63,740 bases of DNA, filler included, from Clostridiaceae bacterium (GCA_012839865.1; 5 parts of 5 records of this genome joined end to end with filler, not necessarily neighbours in it), one strand, 5' to 3'. Shown: positions 54,315-63,740, counted from the first letter of the whole stretch. Numbers and translations: made by a program. The notes: generated by a model from the sequence alone, not told the origin.

Positions 54315-54435
54315 GGTGTGTCCCTGTGCCTTGTTAAGGCAGGAACAGGCGTATTACATACGCCGCTAAACAGCTTGAACGCAAAGCGTTCAACGGGTAT
54401 TACAGTAATGTAAATTGTATTACAAACGTAATATA
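54315..54435. promoter_or_regulatory. Candidate oriT / RHH-binding region
   Basis: Three short IRs (TGCCTT/AAGGCA, GGCGTAT/ATACGCC, TTGAACGC/GCGTTCAA) plus GTATTAC repeats at 54351, 54397 and 54417, upstream of an RHH gene. Confidence 0.5.
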
Positions 54436-54446
54436 TTGATCCGGAG

Positions 54447-54902
54447 GTGATTCATATAGAAAAAGAAAAGAGTGTGATTGTGACCATACGGCTTCCGCAA
54501 AGGCTTCATGAGCAATTAACCTTCAAAGCCCAACAGGAGAACAGTGACTTTTCAAAATATTGCCGGAAGCTTCTGGAAAAAGGTATTTCGGTAGAGGCAT
54601 ACAAAGAGGATATTGACTTTATTACCAGGATAATCAGGAACGAGCTAGAGAACATTATTGAACCTTATGGCAACCGGCAAATCAAAATGCTGATGAAAAT
54701 TGGCAAAGCAACTGGCGGAACAATGTTTACCATCATAAAGCTGTTGCTTTCCCTTATCAATCCAAACAAGCTGTACACTTTCAAGGAATTGCTCGAAAGT
54801 TCAATGAAGCTGGGGATTGAATATATGAAGATGAAGGATTTTGAGGTTGACCAGTATATAACCGATAGTGAGAAGATGATTGGGCAGAGTGAGAGACTAT
54901 AG
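54447..54902 (+). CDS. Ribbon-helix-helix, MobC-like relaxosome accessory protein
   Basis: N-terminal VTIRLPQRLHEQL..KAQQE..DFSKYCRKLL RHH pattern; start codon ambiguous (ATA at 54456 has optimal SD spacing). Confidence 0.6.
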   Translation: MIHIEKEKSVIVTIRLPQRLHEQLTFKAQQENSDFSKYCRKLLEKGISVEAYKEDIDFITRIIRNELENIIEPYGNRQIKMLMKIGKATGGTMFTIIKLLLSLINPNKLYTFKELLESSMKLGIEYMKMKDFEVDQYITDSEKMIGQSERL

Positions 54903-55015
54903 CTAATATTATTCCAACTAATGTTTATAAGTGAATATAATACTTGTTTATAAAAATTGAATATTGTAAAATATTGTTAAGTCAATACATAAAAAATGTT
55001 TAAATTTTTTAATTA

Positions 55016-55369
55016 GGCTCTGTTAACTTAGTATGAAAGAAATGAGACCTGAAAGACCTCTGGTAGGTTAAAAAGGAAAAAAACCTACAATGGAAACTAC
55101 TAGATGTAAGATAACACGAAAAAAAGAAAAGTGCAAGGCCNNNNNNNNNNNNNNNNNNNNNNNNNNNNNNNNNNNNNNNNNNNNTTAATTAATTAANNNN
55201 NNNNNNNNNNNNNNNNNNNNNNNNNNNNNNNNNNNNNNNNGTTTCAGGAATTATATCCAAGTTGTCTACTCGACCTAAAGGGCTAAAATGCGTATATAGG
55301 AACATGTCGACGAGGTATTTTTGGGTAAAATTTGAACTCAAAAATTGGCAGGGTTGAGTTGACAGAACA
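55016..55369. mobile_element. Unclassified IS spanning the gap (imperfect terminal IRs)
   Basis: Left GGCTCTGTTAACTTAG (55016) versus the reverse complement of the right end TGTTCTGTCAACTCAA (55369), 11/16 identical; interior is in the N-gap. Confidence 0.5.
55141..55240. other. Assembly gap with TTAATTAATTAA linker
   Basis: N run with linker. Confidence 0.95.
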
Positions 55370-55695
55370 GATGAAAGATTTGGCTTAAAGGATTAAGCTT
55401 TGATAGTTTATTGTAAGTATACATTAGAAAATAGGCAGCGTTTATTGATATTATTTCGCCACTTTATGTGAGAGGTGGTACAATGCTATTTAACTTTTTT
55501 AAAAAATCTAATGCAGAGATAACCATAGTTAAATAGATAGACCACCATAACTCAGACTGGGGAGGAAAAGGGATAATTTTTTATGTGAAAAATGGCAAAG
55601 GTCTTTTATCTATGAAATATGGTTATTTGGTGAAAAGAGGTACAAAGCATATTAGACATAGTTGTCTACACTGAAAACATGGCATTTCTCGCTTT

Positions 55696-56040
55696 GTGTC
55701 GTGTATGAAAGTAGTATGGTCAAATGCCCCTCCAGTTACTGCAAATATTGTTATGGAACAACTGGGAAAGAAAAAGAAGTGGAAAGCCCAGACAGTTATT
55801 TCTCTCATGCTCCGGTTGGTAGAACGTGGTTTCCTTGGCACTGAAAAAACAGGCAAGGAACGTATCTATTTTCCCATTATCAGCAGGGAGGATTATTTAA
55901 AATTCGAGACAAACAATTTTATAAAGCAATACCACAATAACTCCCTGCTTAATCTTGTCAATACTCTGTATGATGACAACACATTAACAGACAAGGATAT
56001 TGATGAGCTGCTCCAATGGATAAAAGAACGGAGGGGTTAG
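55696..56040 (+). CDS. BlaI/MecI/CopY-family repressor, N-terminus possibly damaged
   Basis: MKVVW...TVISLMLRLVERGFL..EK.GKER.YFP..SREDY; in-frame stop at 55672 and no canonical first helix. Confidence 0.8.
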   Translation: MSCMKVVWSNAPPVTANIVMEQLGKKKKWKAQTVISLMLRLVERGFLGTEKTGKERIYFPIISREDYLKFETNNFIKQYHNNSLLNLVNTLYDDNTLTDKDIDELLQWIKERRG

Positions 56041-56041
56041 C

Positions 56042-57739
56042 ATGAAACATTTTATAATAATATTGATAACTTATTCCGCTCTCATTTCGGTTATCATACT
56101 TCTGTATATCGCAATAACTCCGATTCTGTCAAAACGTTACTCTGCAAAAAGCCTTTATTACTCATGGCTGATAATCGTTATAGGGTTGATTGTCCCTTAC
56201 TGGCCAAAGATTAATATACCTGCTGTTGACATAAAGGTAAAAGCGCCAGCCGAGGCTGTACTGACAAAATCCTTGCTAACCGTTCCGACAAAGACTGCAT
56301 ACACTGTTACACAAGTCGGTAATTCTACTCCCCTTAACAATACTGACCTTCGTCCTGCTTTGACAAATATTCAGTGGTGGCAGTTCATAGCGATTATATG
56401 GGTTACCGGAATGATTGTTTTTCTTTTCATCCATTGCCTGAAGCATTATCGATTGGTAAAAATGGCTGACCGTTGGAGTGAGGATATTAAGGATGACCAG
56501 GTATTGGCACTCATGGAGAGCATAAAGGAGGATTTGGGGATATCCGGGCACATAAGCCTGCATTTATGCCCAAATATAGGCAGTCCAATGATGATCGGCG
56601 TTTTTAAACCACGGATATTGCTGCCGGTTGTAGCCATTTCACAAGGAGAGCTTCGATTTATCCTGAAGCATGAACTTGTCCATTATAAAAGAAAAGACTT
56701 ATGGTACAAATACTTGTTGTTGCTTGCGACAGCCTTTCATTGGTTCAATCCCGTCATATACCTGATGGTAAGGGTTGTAAACGTCCAATGTGAACTATCC
56801 TGTGATGCCGAGATAGTACGAAACTCTAATAAGAACACGAGATATCAATATTGCGAGACAATCGCAGGCCTGCTTGAAAACCAGTCGAAAATAAAAACAG
56901 CGTTATCAACAAATTTTTATGGAGGTAAGAGTGGTATGAAGAACAGATTTATGTCAATAATGGACACTAGGAAAAAGAGGGTTGGCCTGTTTATTATCTG
57001 TGCAACACTGATAATCACAACCGGAGTTGGAATAGTGTGTGCAACTGTAAGTTCAGATAGTACGACAAGAGGTTTGCCTGATAATGTGAACCTTGATGTG
57101 GATATTAAAATAGCGGGAAACAATATTACACCGGAAAATTATGGAACGTCCGTATGTTATGTGGATGCAAGGCCTCAGCTGGAGTTTTTTATCGAAGGAG
57201 AAGATATAGCACAAATAGAGGTATCATGTCAGAATGAATATGTATATGCCGTTGACTGGACCAAAACACAGCATGAAAAATACTGGAACATTGATTATTA
57301 CCAGACATATGATAAGGAAACCCAGACTTGTACTTTCTACCCGGAACGTCTCTATGATAAAACAATGAAATTCCAGTTCAATGAAGGCTTTAAAGACTAC
57401 GGGGATATCTGGTATCGATGGACGGCCTGGAATTTGAATCAATGGGCAACTGAAGATAATTATTCCCATATCGTAGGATATGGTATTGAGCCAAAAATAG
57501 AATTATCAGATGATATGACTGAGGAACAGAAACTTATGCTGACAGCAGGAGAAGATGGCTCAGGTGTCACAAACATCGGGCATATCTGCCTTGACGGATG
57601 TCCCGAAGAATTGACTTGGGATCGCATTACAATAAAAATTATGGACAGAGATGGTAATTCGGTGACTAAATATATCAACGTTGAAATTATTAACAATGAG
57701 TATGATCAAACCGTAGTTACCGCGAGTTTAGAGAATTAG
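56042..57739 (+). CDS. BlaR1/MecR1-like M56 metallopeptidase with an uncharacterised C-terminal sensor domain
   Basis: YYSWLI, SPMMIG..KPRILLP, HELVHYKRKD (HExxH), HWFNP, CELSCD, MKNRFMSI. Confidence 0.92.
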   Translation: MKHFIIILITYSALISVIILLYIAITPILSKRYSAKSLYYSWLIIVIGLIVPYWPKINIPAVDIKVKAPAEAVLTKSLLTVPTKTAYTVTQVGNSTPLNNTDLRPALTNIQWWQFIAIIWVTGMIVFLFIHCLKHYRLVKMADRWSEDIKDDQVLALMESIKEDLGISGHISLHLCPNIGSPMMIGVFKPRILLPVVAISQGELRFILKHELVHYKRKDLWYKYLLLLATAFHWFNPVIYLMVRVVNVQCELSCDAEIVRNSNKNTRYQYCETIAGLLENQSKIKTALSTNFYGGKSGMKNRFMSIMDTRKKRVGLFIICATLIITTGVGIVCATVSSDSTTRGLPDNVNLDVDIKIAGNNITPENYGTSVCYVDARPQLEFFIEGEDIAQIEVSCQNEYVYAVDWTKTQHEKYWNIDYYQTYDKETQTCTFYPERLYDKTMKFQFNEGFKDYGDIWYRWTAWNLNQWATEDNYSHIVGYGIEPKIELSDDMTEEQKLMLTAGEDGSGVTNIGHICLDGCPEELTWDRITIKIMDRDGNSVTKYINVEIINNEYDQTVVTASLEN

Positions 57740-58205
57740 GCCAGTTAACACAAGGAATGGTATCAAGTATTAGGAGCATCCCGCACGGGTGCTTCTTTCA
57801 TTGTCAATATAGCCTTATAATCCATGTATCACTAATAAGTTCAGTTCAACTATGCCCGATATTTATATACTGAAAAAACCCTTTATAAAGGCAGAAAACA
57901 GGGGACTGGAATACTCTTAGCGTTGATATATTGGCGTTTTTTCAAGCGTTGCAGGTAGAAAAACAGTTGTTATAAAGAGAGGTAGCGGAAGTAAGCAAAA
58001 AAGCAAAAAATATAATTCGGAAAAATAAATAGTCAAGATACAGGTCGTAATTATGGATTTATGCGAATTAAGGTTATTTATATTATTGGACCCGCAGACG
58101 GCATGATATTTGTTCTTGTTAGCGATTTTGTTAGTTAAGGTTAATTTATAATAATACTGAGCCAAGTATTGCTATATAAAAACCAGTATTGAGGAGGGAG
58201 TTAGA

Positions 58206-58418
58206 ATGGATATCGAAAAATTCTTCGAGGTTTTGGGAGAAAGAAAAGAAGAGATCATAAGGAAAGCAATGCAGTTCAGAAGCGCGGAGGAGTTGCTGCC
58301 CCTGGCAAAAGAGCATGAAGTAGCTCTTGATCAGAACCAAGAAGCCGAGCTTTTGGAAACCATGAAAAAAATGTCTGATGATGAACTGGAGAAGGCTACA
58401 GGTGAAGCAGATGTGTAA
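58206..58418 (+). CDS. Nif11-like leader peptide (RiPP-precursor-like) with a truncated core
   Basis: SAEELL.LAKEH...L...EAE.L...MSDDELEKATG pattern, followed by only EADV*; strong SD GAGGAGGGAG. Confidence 0.65.
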   Translation: MDIEKFFEVLGERKEEIIRKAMQFRSAEELLPLAKEHEVALDQNQEAELLETMKKMSDDELEKATGEADV

Positions 58419-58607
58419 ACATGTTTACTCAGCGGATTGAGTAGAATGTTCAGGCATGTCTATATCACGCAGTGTAGAGTAAATTTAAGACTGGGTAATG
58501 ATGAGAGAATGTCGGTTTGGACGGCTTTCTCTTTTTTATATAGAGTTTAACAAGCTTAATGAAAATAAATGCATAAGAATAGTATAATTACATTAATAAT
58601 GTTGTTC

Positions 58608-58676
58608 ACTTAAAAGCCTTGGCTGTAGCCTTTTGACGTAAAAGTTTAAATGCAAATAGCTTAGTTAGATGCCGAT
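58608..58676 (+). promoter_or_regulatory. Possible degenerate c-di-GMP-I riboswitch
   Basis: AAAAG-CCTTGGC tgta GCC-TTTT-GACGTAAAAG...AGTTAGATGCCGA loosely follows the GEMM layout; lies after TATAAT (58583) and upstream of an MCP gene. Confidence 0.3.
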
Positions 58677-58813
58677 GAAGATTTACCTCACTACTAGATA
58701 GCTGAAAATGGTGGAGCATTATTTATAGAATAGGCTGATAATGACAATATATTTTATAAGAATATCGAACCTCTTGATTTAAGTTATCATATATGATAAC
58801 ATGTTTATGAGGC

Positions 58814-59844
58814 ATGACATACACTACATTTGTTCTGTCAAATACCAGGGAAGTAAACAAGCTTGTTTCCACGCTCTTATTGGTCGTATGTTTGGTAGTG
58901 TTTCCTGCTTTGATTGTAATTACCCGGATTGGGATATTTCAAATCGATATGACGCAGTTATTGGTTTTTACGATAGTCAGCTTTGTAATGGTTATTTTGA
59001 ACTTTATATTTGTCAGAAAAGGCATGAACCCTACCTTCCTGAAATACTTCAATATTTTTATAAGCACGATGATTGTTGGAATGCTTATTATGACAAAAAA
59101 GTTACTATTACCGCATTTGCAATTGGCTTGATAAGTCTGGCGGTTTCTCAATATTTCAGGTTGCAAAACACCGAAAAAGAAGCTGAATATTTACCCATAC
59201 TGATGGGCTTTGTAATTGAGTTCGTTGCCATGTTCTTATTGATCAACCTGCTGATAAAACGTTTGAATAGAATGTTTAATTCGCTTGCTGATTCCGAGCA
59301 GCAAAAGCAGATTTTGAATGCCCTTGCTTCGGTAACTGAAAAGTCAAAGATTTCTTCCGAGGTACTTTTTGACTCAATCAATCAATTTGCGGCTGCAATG
59401 GACCAGACAACAAAGGCCAATACAGAAATAGCCGGTAATGCACTTTCAGCGGTAAACAACTGTAAAGACAACATGCAGTATGTACAAGCATCATCAGATT
59501 TCATAATGAGTATTTCCAAAGATCTGGAGAAGGTATCTATCAAATCCGCTGAAATGGCTGAGGCATTCAATTCAAGCTATCAGGCCACACAACAGAGCAA
59601 GGATTATATGGACATGTCAATACAGGATATGGGTATAGTTGAAAAATCAACAGTTGATATAAGAGAGGTCATGACTTCACTCCTTGAGACGACCCGTGAA
59701 ATCAACAGCATCCTTGATATAATAAATACAATATCAAGCCAGACAAACCTTCTGGCCCTGAACGCCTCCATTGAATCGGCGAGAGCCGGGGAGGCAGGAA
59801 AAGGCTTTGCTGTGGTTGCGCATGAAATAAGAAAACTGTTATAG
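58814..59844 (+). pseudogene. Methyl-accepting chemotaxis protein, frameshifted and truncated
   Basis: TM N-terminus (58814..59131) is in a different frame from the rest; the signalling domain [33 protein letters not shown] stops prematurely. Confidence 0.85.
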
Positions 59845-59849
59845 TCTTA

Positions 59850-59962
59850 AATAGTGGTGTAAATTTCGTGGAGCATTCTTGACAAAGTAACCACGATATG
59901 ATTTCTACTTTAATAAGAAACCCAAAACAATAAAGTAGAGGAGGTCATACCGTGGTTACTAA
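59850..59962 (+). mobile_element. Possible IS left end truncating the MCP gene
   Basis: Sequence changes abruptly after EIRKLL*; TTGACA promoter-like site and GAGGAGG SD with GTG start run into the gap; family not determined. Confidence 0.35.
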
Positions 59963-60062
59963 NNNNNNNNNNNNNNNNNNNNNNNNNNNNNNNNNNNNNN
60001 NNNNNNTTAATTAATTAANNNNNNNNNNNNNNNNNNNNNNNNNNNNNNNNNNNNNNNNNNNN
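59963..60062. other. Assembly gap with TTAATTAATTAA linker
   Basis: N run with linker. Confidence 0.95.
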
Positions 60063-60212
60063 GACCAGCTATTTTATGTCTACTTCGCAAAGGTGGTCTT
60101 GTTGTTATGCATTTTTTCTATGTCAGGAGTTTTCAAAAATTCATAAAGCTTTTTCTTAAAAACTCTTGACTTTAATTAGCTGGTCTTTAATAATGTCTTG
60201 ATTTCATTTCTT

Positions 60213-61346
60213 TCATGGATTGTCCTGTTCCCAACAGTTATTATTCAGTTTTTCAACAATCCTCTTAAACCGGATGTCATCAGCCAAAATAGTAAAAGCC
60301 GGGTTTTTTATGACCCCATCGGCCATACTCTTGCGTATCACTTTCTCGCTCCTGGGAAGCGTATTTCCTAAATCGAGTTCCTCAATCCACTGATCTATCA
60401 GGTAAAAGTATTCATCTCCTTTTAGCTGCAATGGGTAAATATCACTGGTTACAAGCTCTGTATATTTTTCAAGAATTTCCAGGACCCTTTCTGTGCTTCC
60501 AAGCATAGCGTACCCCTGGGCAGCAACGATGTAGAGCTTCATAAGCATCGTCGGGTGTAGTTTCTTTAAGTTAAAAGCTTCAGCTATGTCATTTGCTCGC
60601 TTAAATGTTTTATCATAATGTTCAGGGTTGTCTGTACATAGCATGAGATAATCCGTTAACGCTCCAAAAAGAATACTCATATGCTGATACATGGCAATTT
60701 GCAATATCATTTTGGCTTCTTTTGATTTGCCAAGCATTTGATAAGCTGATGCAAGCAGCGATTCGGAAGAAAAGATCTTATGGCTTGTATCCTCCAGCAA
60801 CTCAATCACTTCGTTTGGATTGCCCATCATCAAGGCACAACATGCCTCCATATTTAATGCCATTTGCACAAGCTCCGCATCTTCACTTTCTGTTTTTACC
60901 CGGACAAACAGCTTTTTTGCTTCCGAGAGGACAGAAAGGGTTTTTTCCCTGTCACCTGATTCCATGCTGTTGTTGACAAGCAGTGCTCCCATGTGGAATA
61001 GCAGAGGAAAGCAGGAATAATACTTTTTTGCAATTTCGCGGCAGGATTCTAATACTTCATCAAATGGTTTTGAAGCAAAATCGGCAGATAATTTCACATA
61101 CAGTTTGCGGATATCCTCTGTACACATTTGCGGTTCATAGCCTATGAGCTCATCAATGCTAATATTAAAAAGTGTCGCAAGCTGCGGCAAAAAAGTAATA
61201 TCAGGATAGCTCTGACCGGTTTCCCATTTAGAAACCGAAGACTTCGACACGCCAATGTAATTTGCAAGGTCCTCCTGCGTCATTCCTTTCTCATGCCGCA
61301 TTTTAACGATGTTTCTAGCAAGATTTATTGCTTTCATCCTCATCAC
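60213..61346 (-). CDS. XRE-family HTH regulator with a long helical C-terminal domain
   Basis: MTQEDLANYIGVSKSSVSKWETGQSYPDITFLPQLA.LFNISIDELIGY. Confidence 0.92.
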   Translation of the reverse strand: MMRMKAINLARNIVKMRHEKGMTQEDLANYIGVSKSSVSKWETGQSYPDITFLPQLATLFNISIDELIGYEPQMCTEDIRKLYVKLSADFASKPFDEVLESCREIAKKYYSCFPLLFHMGALLVNNSMESGDREKTLSVLSEAKKLFVRVKTESEDAELVQMALNMEACCALMMGNPNEVIELLEDTSHKIFSSESLLASAYQMLGKSKEAKMILQIAMYQHMSILFGALTDYLMLCTDNPEHYDKTFKRANDIAEAFNLKKLHPTMLMKLYIVAAQGYAMLGSTERVLEILEKYTELVTSDIYPLQLKGDEYFYLIDQWIEELDLGNTLPRSEKVIRKSMADGVIKNPAFTILADDIRFKRIVEKLNNNCWEQDNP

Positions 61347-61843
61347 CCACTTTTATTATACTGTCCAATCGAATTATACTTCAATGGATTTATGGTTAAT
61401 ATAAGGTGATAAAATTAACTGTTGGGAAACTTCATTGCGAACAAACCTTCTGCTTGATGTGTCCAGTTAATATAAACTTTACCGGTGTTCAATGATGCCG
61501 ATTCTGAATTGCAGTTTCCCGGAAGTAAGCAATAGAGCCAACCCATTACACTTTAAGCTGGCTCATACATTTTCATTTAATCCTTAATTCTGTTGAAATG
61601 AATCTCATAAACTGCTGAACCCATCCAGGGCATCAAATTATTGTCATCATGAAGCGAATTTTTATTTCCCATTTTCCAGCCTTCAACTCTCCTACTCCAG
61701 GGAGGGTGTGGACTGTTCAGATGCCATACAGTGCGCAGCTATCTACCAAGTCTCATATCATCCAAACGAACATCTCCACGTGGCCTGTGTTGATGGAATT
61801 GATGGCTGTGGGCAATTTTTATGCCGTCTGTTCATAGAACATG

Positions 61844-62146
61844 TCAATAGGTTTTTCTGTCGTTATAGTATTTCCAAGCAACACTTTCGTCAGCCATCTT
61901 CTCTCCGGATTCGGTATCTATATTAAGAAATACTGTTACATTCCTGTCTATCTGTGGAAAATAACAGTCCCATCCAAGCCATCCATGTTCGCAAGGGGTA
62001 AGGCCATTATAAATTGATGTTGTCGCTGCTACTGTTGTCGATGGAAAGGTCGAACTATATGTTCCGGCTAAATGGGTGTTGAAAAAGCCATTTTCATCAA
62101 GATTTACGCTCAATAATACACTTGCCCATTCCATCCAGAAGAACAA
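61844..62146 (-). pseudogene. Fragment of an alkaline phosphatase/nucleotide pyrophosphatase-family gene
   Basis: SSTFPSTTVAATTS...GLTP.EHGWLGW nucleophile motif, with both ends missing. Confidence 0.7.
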
Positions 62147-62640
62147 TCACCACATTCTTATAATCTTTTACAAGATAACTATCGAGAAGCATAGTTTCGC
62201 CATTTGTCGGGAGTCTCCATTTTTCAGAATGGAATTTGCTAAGTTTACTATCGAATTGCTGTAATCCGGATAATCAATATTCAACTTGTATTAGCCCACT
62301 TGCTATATATAAAAAACCCCTTATCCGGAAAGACAAGTGGCTTAATTTCACTGTTTTCTATAATTTGAAAGCAGCTTATTCTTTTCTAATAACCAAATAT
62401 TCGCATATGCAATCAATACTAAGTTTAATAGTAGCTTACATAGCCTGTGTAATAACGTATATGAGTTGATTGTAAATATAATCATATTAAACTTTATTCC
62501 TAAATATTGTATTAAACTATGAAATAGAATTTGTCAAAAATAGGCTCTGTAAATATTTATGCATAATTACAAAAGTAATTTCAACATAGAATATACATCC
62601 ATCCTGTATCCTCACCCTTATAAAAATGCCCGTTATCTAA

Positions 62641-62733
62641 TCTGTCAACTCAACTTTACCTATCTTCGGGTTTAAATTTCACCCCAAAATACCCCCTCGA
62701 TATGTTTCATGTGCGAATCTTGCCTCTTTAGGC
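62641..62733 (+). mobile_element. Solo IS-end remnant related to 55280..55367
   Basis: TCTGTCAACTCAAC...AAATTT.ACCC.AAAATACC...TCGA.ATGTT...CTTTAGG aligns with the reverse complement of the post-gap IS end. Confidence 0.55.
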
Positions 62734-62833
62734 ATAATGGAACAATAGGACAAGTAACCTGTTCCTCTGTCCCTAAACATAAACCACAAGAACCGTCCAC
62801 TTGATTCTTCCCTTGATTCTTTGGTTAGTTTAT

Positions 62834-63355
62834 TTAATACTTATCGTAATGTATCTTATCATATGCCAGTTGGTTTTCATCATAAGGTTTCTTATCCTCC
62901 GCAGAATATCCGATGGCTATCATGCATTCAACTTCGTATTTTGCAGGTATATCCAAAATATCTTTTATGTAATCTCCTGCCTTAACATTACCGGCTCCAT
63001 ATCTTTCCCTGACCTGGATCCAGCATGACCCTAGTCCCAATGACTGAGCTGCCAGCTGAATTATAATTGATGCGATTGAAGCATCTTCTATCCAGACATC
63101 ACAGGCTTCCGGATCTGCAATAACAACAATCCCCAATGGAGCATCTGCCAAAAATGATGAACTGTGCTCTCTGCACATTGAAAGCTTCTTCAGTAAATCC
63201 TTATCTGTAACTGCTATAAACTCCCAAGGTCTCCTGGACCGAGATGAAGGAGATAATAAAGCGCTCTTGAGAATGATATCGATTTTTCCTTTTTCTACTT
63301 CTTTACTCTGAAACTTTCTTATGCTTCTTCTGGACTTTACCAAATCGTAAAACAT
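62834..63355 (-). CDS. Nitroreductase-family protein
   Basis: SRRSIRKF, SPSSRSRRPWEF, LAAQSLGLGSCW; GGAGGT SD before the ATG at 63355. Confidence 0.92.
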   Translation of the reverse strand: MFYDLVKSRRSIRKFQSKEVEKGKIDIILKSALLSPSSRSRRPWEFIAVTDKDLLKKLSMCREHSSSFLADAPLGIVVIADPEACDVWIEDASIASIIIQLAAQSLGLGSCWIQVRERYGAGNVKAGDYIKDILDIPAKYEVECMIAIGYSAEDKKPYDENQLAYDKIHYDKY

Positions 63356-63656
63356 TTTAATACCTCCTGACCATAACCTTAAATACAATACCGCGCATGT
63401 CTTATCCATATATAATATATCCATTTCTTTTATTAGACATAAGTACCGCAATCGCTGTTCGAGGGAACATATCAGTATTACTCGGAAATTGGGTATAAAG
63501 GCATTACAAGCCTACCTCATAAGTATCCGGCAGCTTCATATTTAGCGATTAAGTATTTTGCTTGCAACAAAATTGTCATCGCCGGGATATAATTGACCCA
63601 TAGGAGGTGCGGACATTTTTCCCCATGATATCTTCCCTCTCTATTGCCACGTTTTG

Positions 63657-63740
63657 TTATCCCCTGACCTTCTGCAGGATTTTAACAACCTCCTCAGTTT
63701 TCAGCACCTTGCCGTATGAAACCACTTTACCGTCGATGAC
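63657..63740 (-). CDS. C-terminus of a small thioredoxin-like (redox-active disulfide protein 2) protein, cut by the window edge
   Basis: VIDGKVVSYGKVLKTEEVVKILQKVRG*. Confidence 0.7.
   Translation of the reverse strand, partial: VIDGKVVSYGKVLKTEEVVKILQKVRG

Larger units (their letters stand above)
43800..55015 (+). mobile_element. ICE/conjugative-plasmid-derived island downstream of ssrA
   Basis: Co-oriented parA, parB, giant helicase/MTase, TnpV-like, DUF3991-toprim, RHH and oriT-like genes typical of clostridial ICEs; no integrase, relaxase or T4SS in the window; boundaries approximate. Confidence 0.8.

Noticed and set aside
57917..58165. 82-aa hydrophobic minus-strand ORF
   Set aside because: AT-rich intergenic composition, no SD and no recognisable family.
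61649..61926. IS91-like HxH motif (HPNEHLHV) or RyR-like WKMG...LMPW fragment
   Set aside because: Short, stop-interrupted resemblances on opposite strands; not supportable by eye.

Overview
Draft-assembly window from a clostridial Firmicute (gene content resembles Acetivibrio/Ruminiclostridium-type organisms; this is an inference). It has four N-gaps, each carrying a TTAATTAATTAA scaffolding linker, so adjacency across gaps is not guaranteed. Positions 1-17.6 kb are core: a five-gene MacAB-like ABC/adaptor operon, eno, secG, HD protein, rnr, DUF523, HPr-like, mtaB, ireB, aldo/keto reductase, ruvX and DUF1292. Positions 17.7-23.3 kb are accessory: a long palindrome, IS21, a truncated IS1595, tRNA-Pro(CGG), a tryptophanase/tyrosine phenol-lyase family gene with a divergent LysR, and two unannotated paralogous membrane micro-proteins. 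Positions 23.4-38.7 kb are core: TIGR03960/TIGR03936 radical SAM pair, rng, rplU-prp-rpmA, obgE, yhbY, greA, lysS, a SigB-like partner-switching module and triple rrn-type promoters. Positions 38.9-43.6 kb hold a broken TetR, PHP, M20 amidohydrolase, smpB and an unusually long tmRNA. Positions 43.8-55 kb are an ICE/plasmid-derived island after ssrA (parA, parB, giant ArdC/MTase/SNF2 helicase, primase-like gene, oriT candidate). Positions 55.3-63.7 kb are decaying accessory DNA (BlaI/BlaR1-like pair, Nif11-like leader peptide, MCP pseudogene, XRE regulator, nitroreductase). The most striking observation is a complete TnpV-like gene, with its own SD and an intrinsic terminator right behind it, nested in the +1 frame inside the giant helicase ORF. 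Also notable are ~61-62-bp-period intergenic arrays and a dispersed ~47-bp element.
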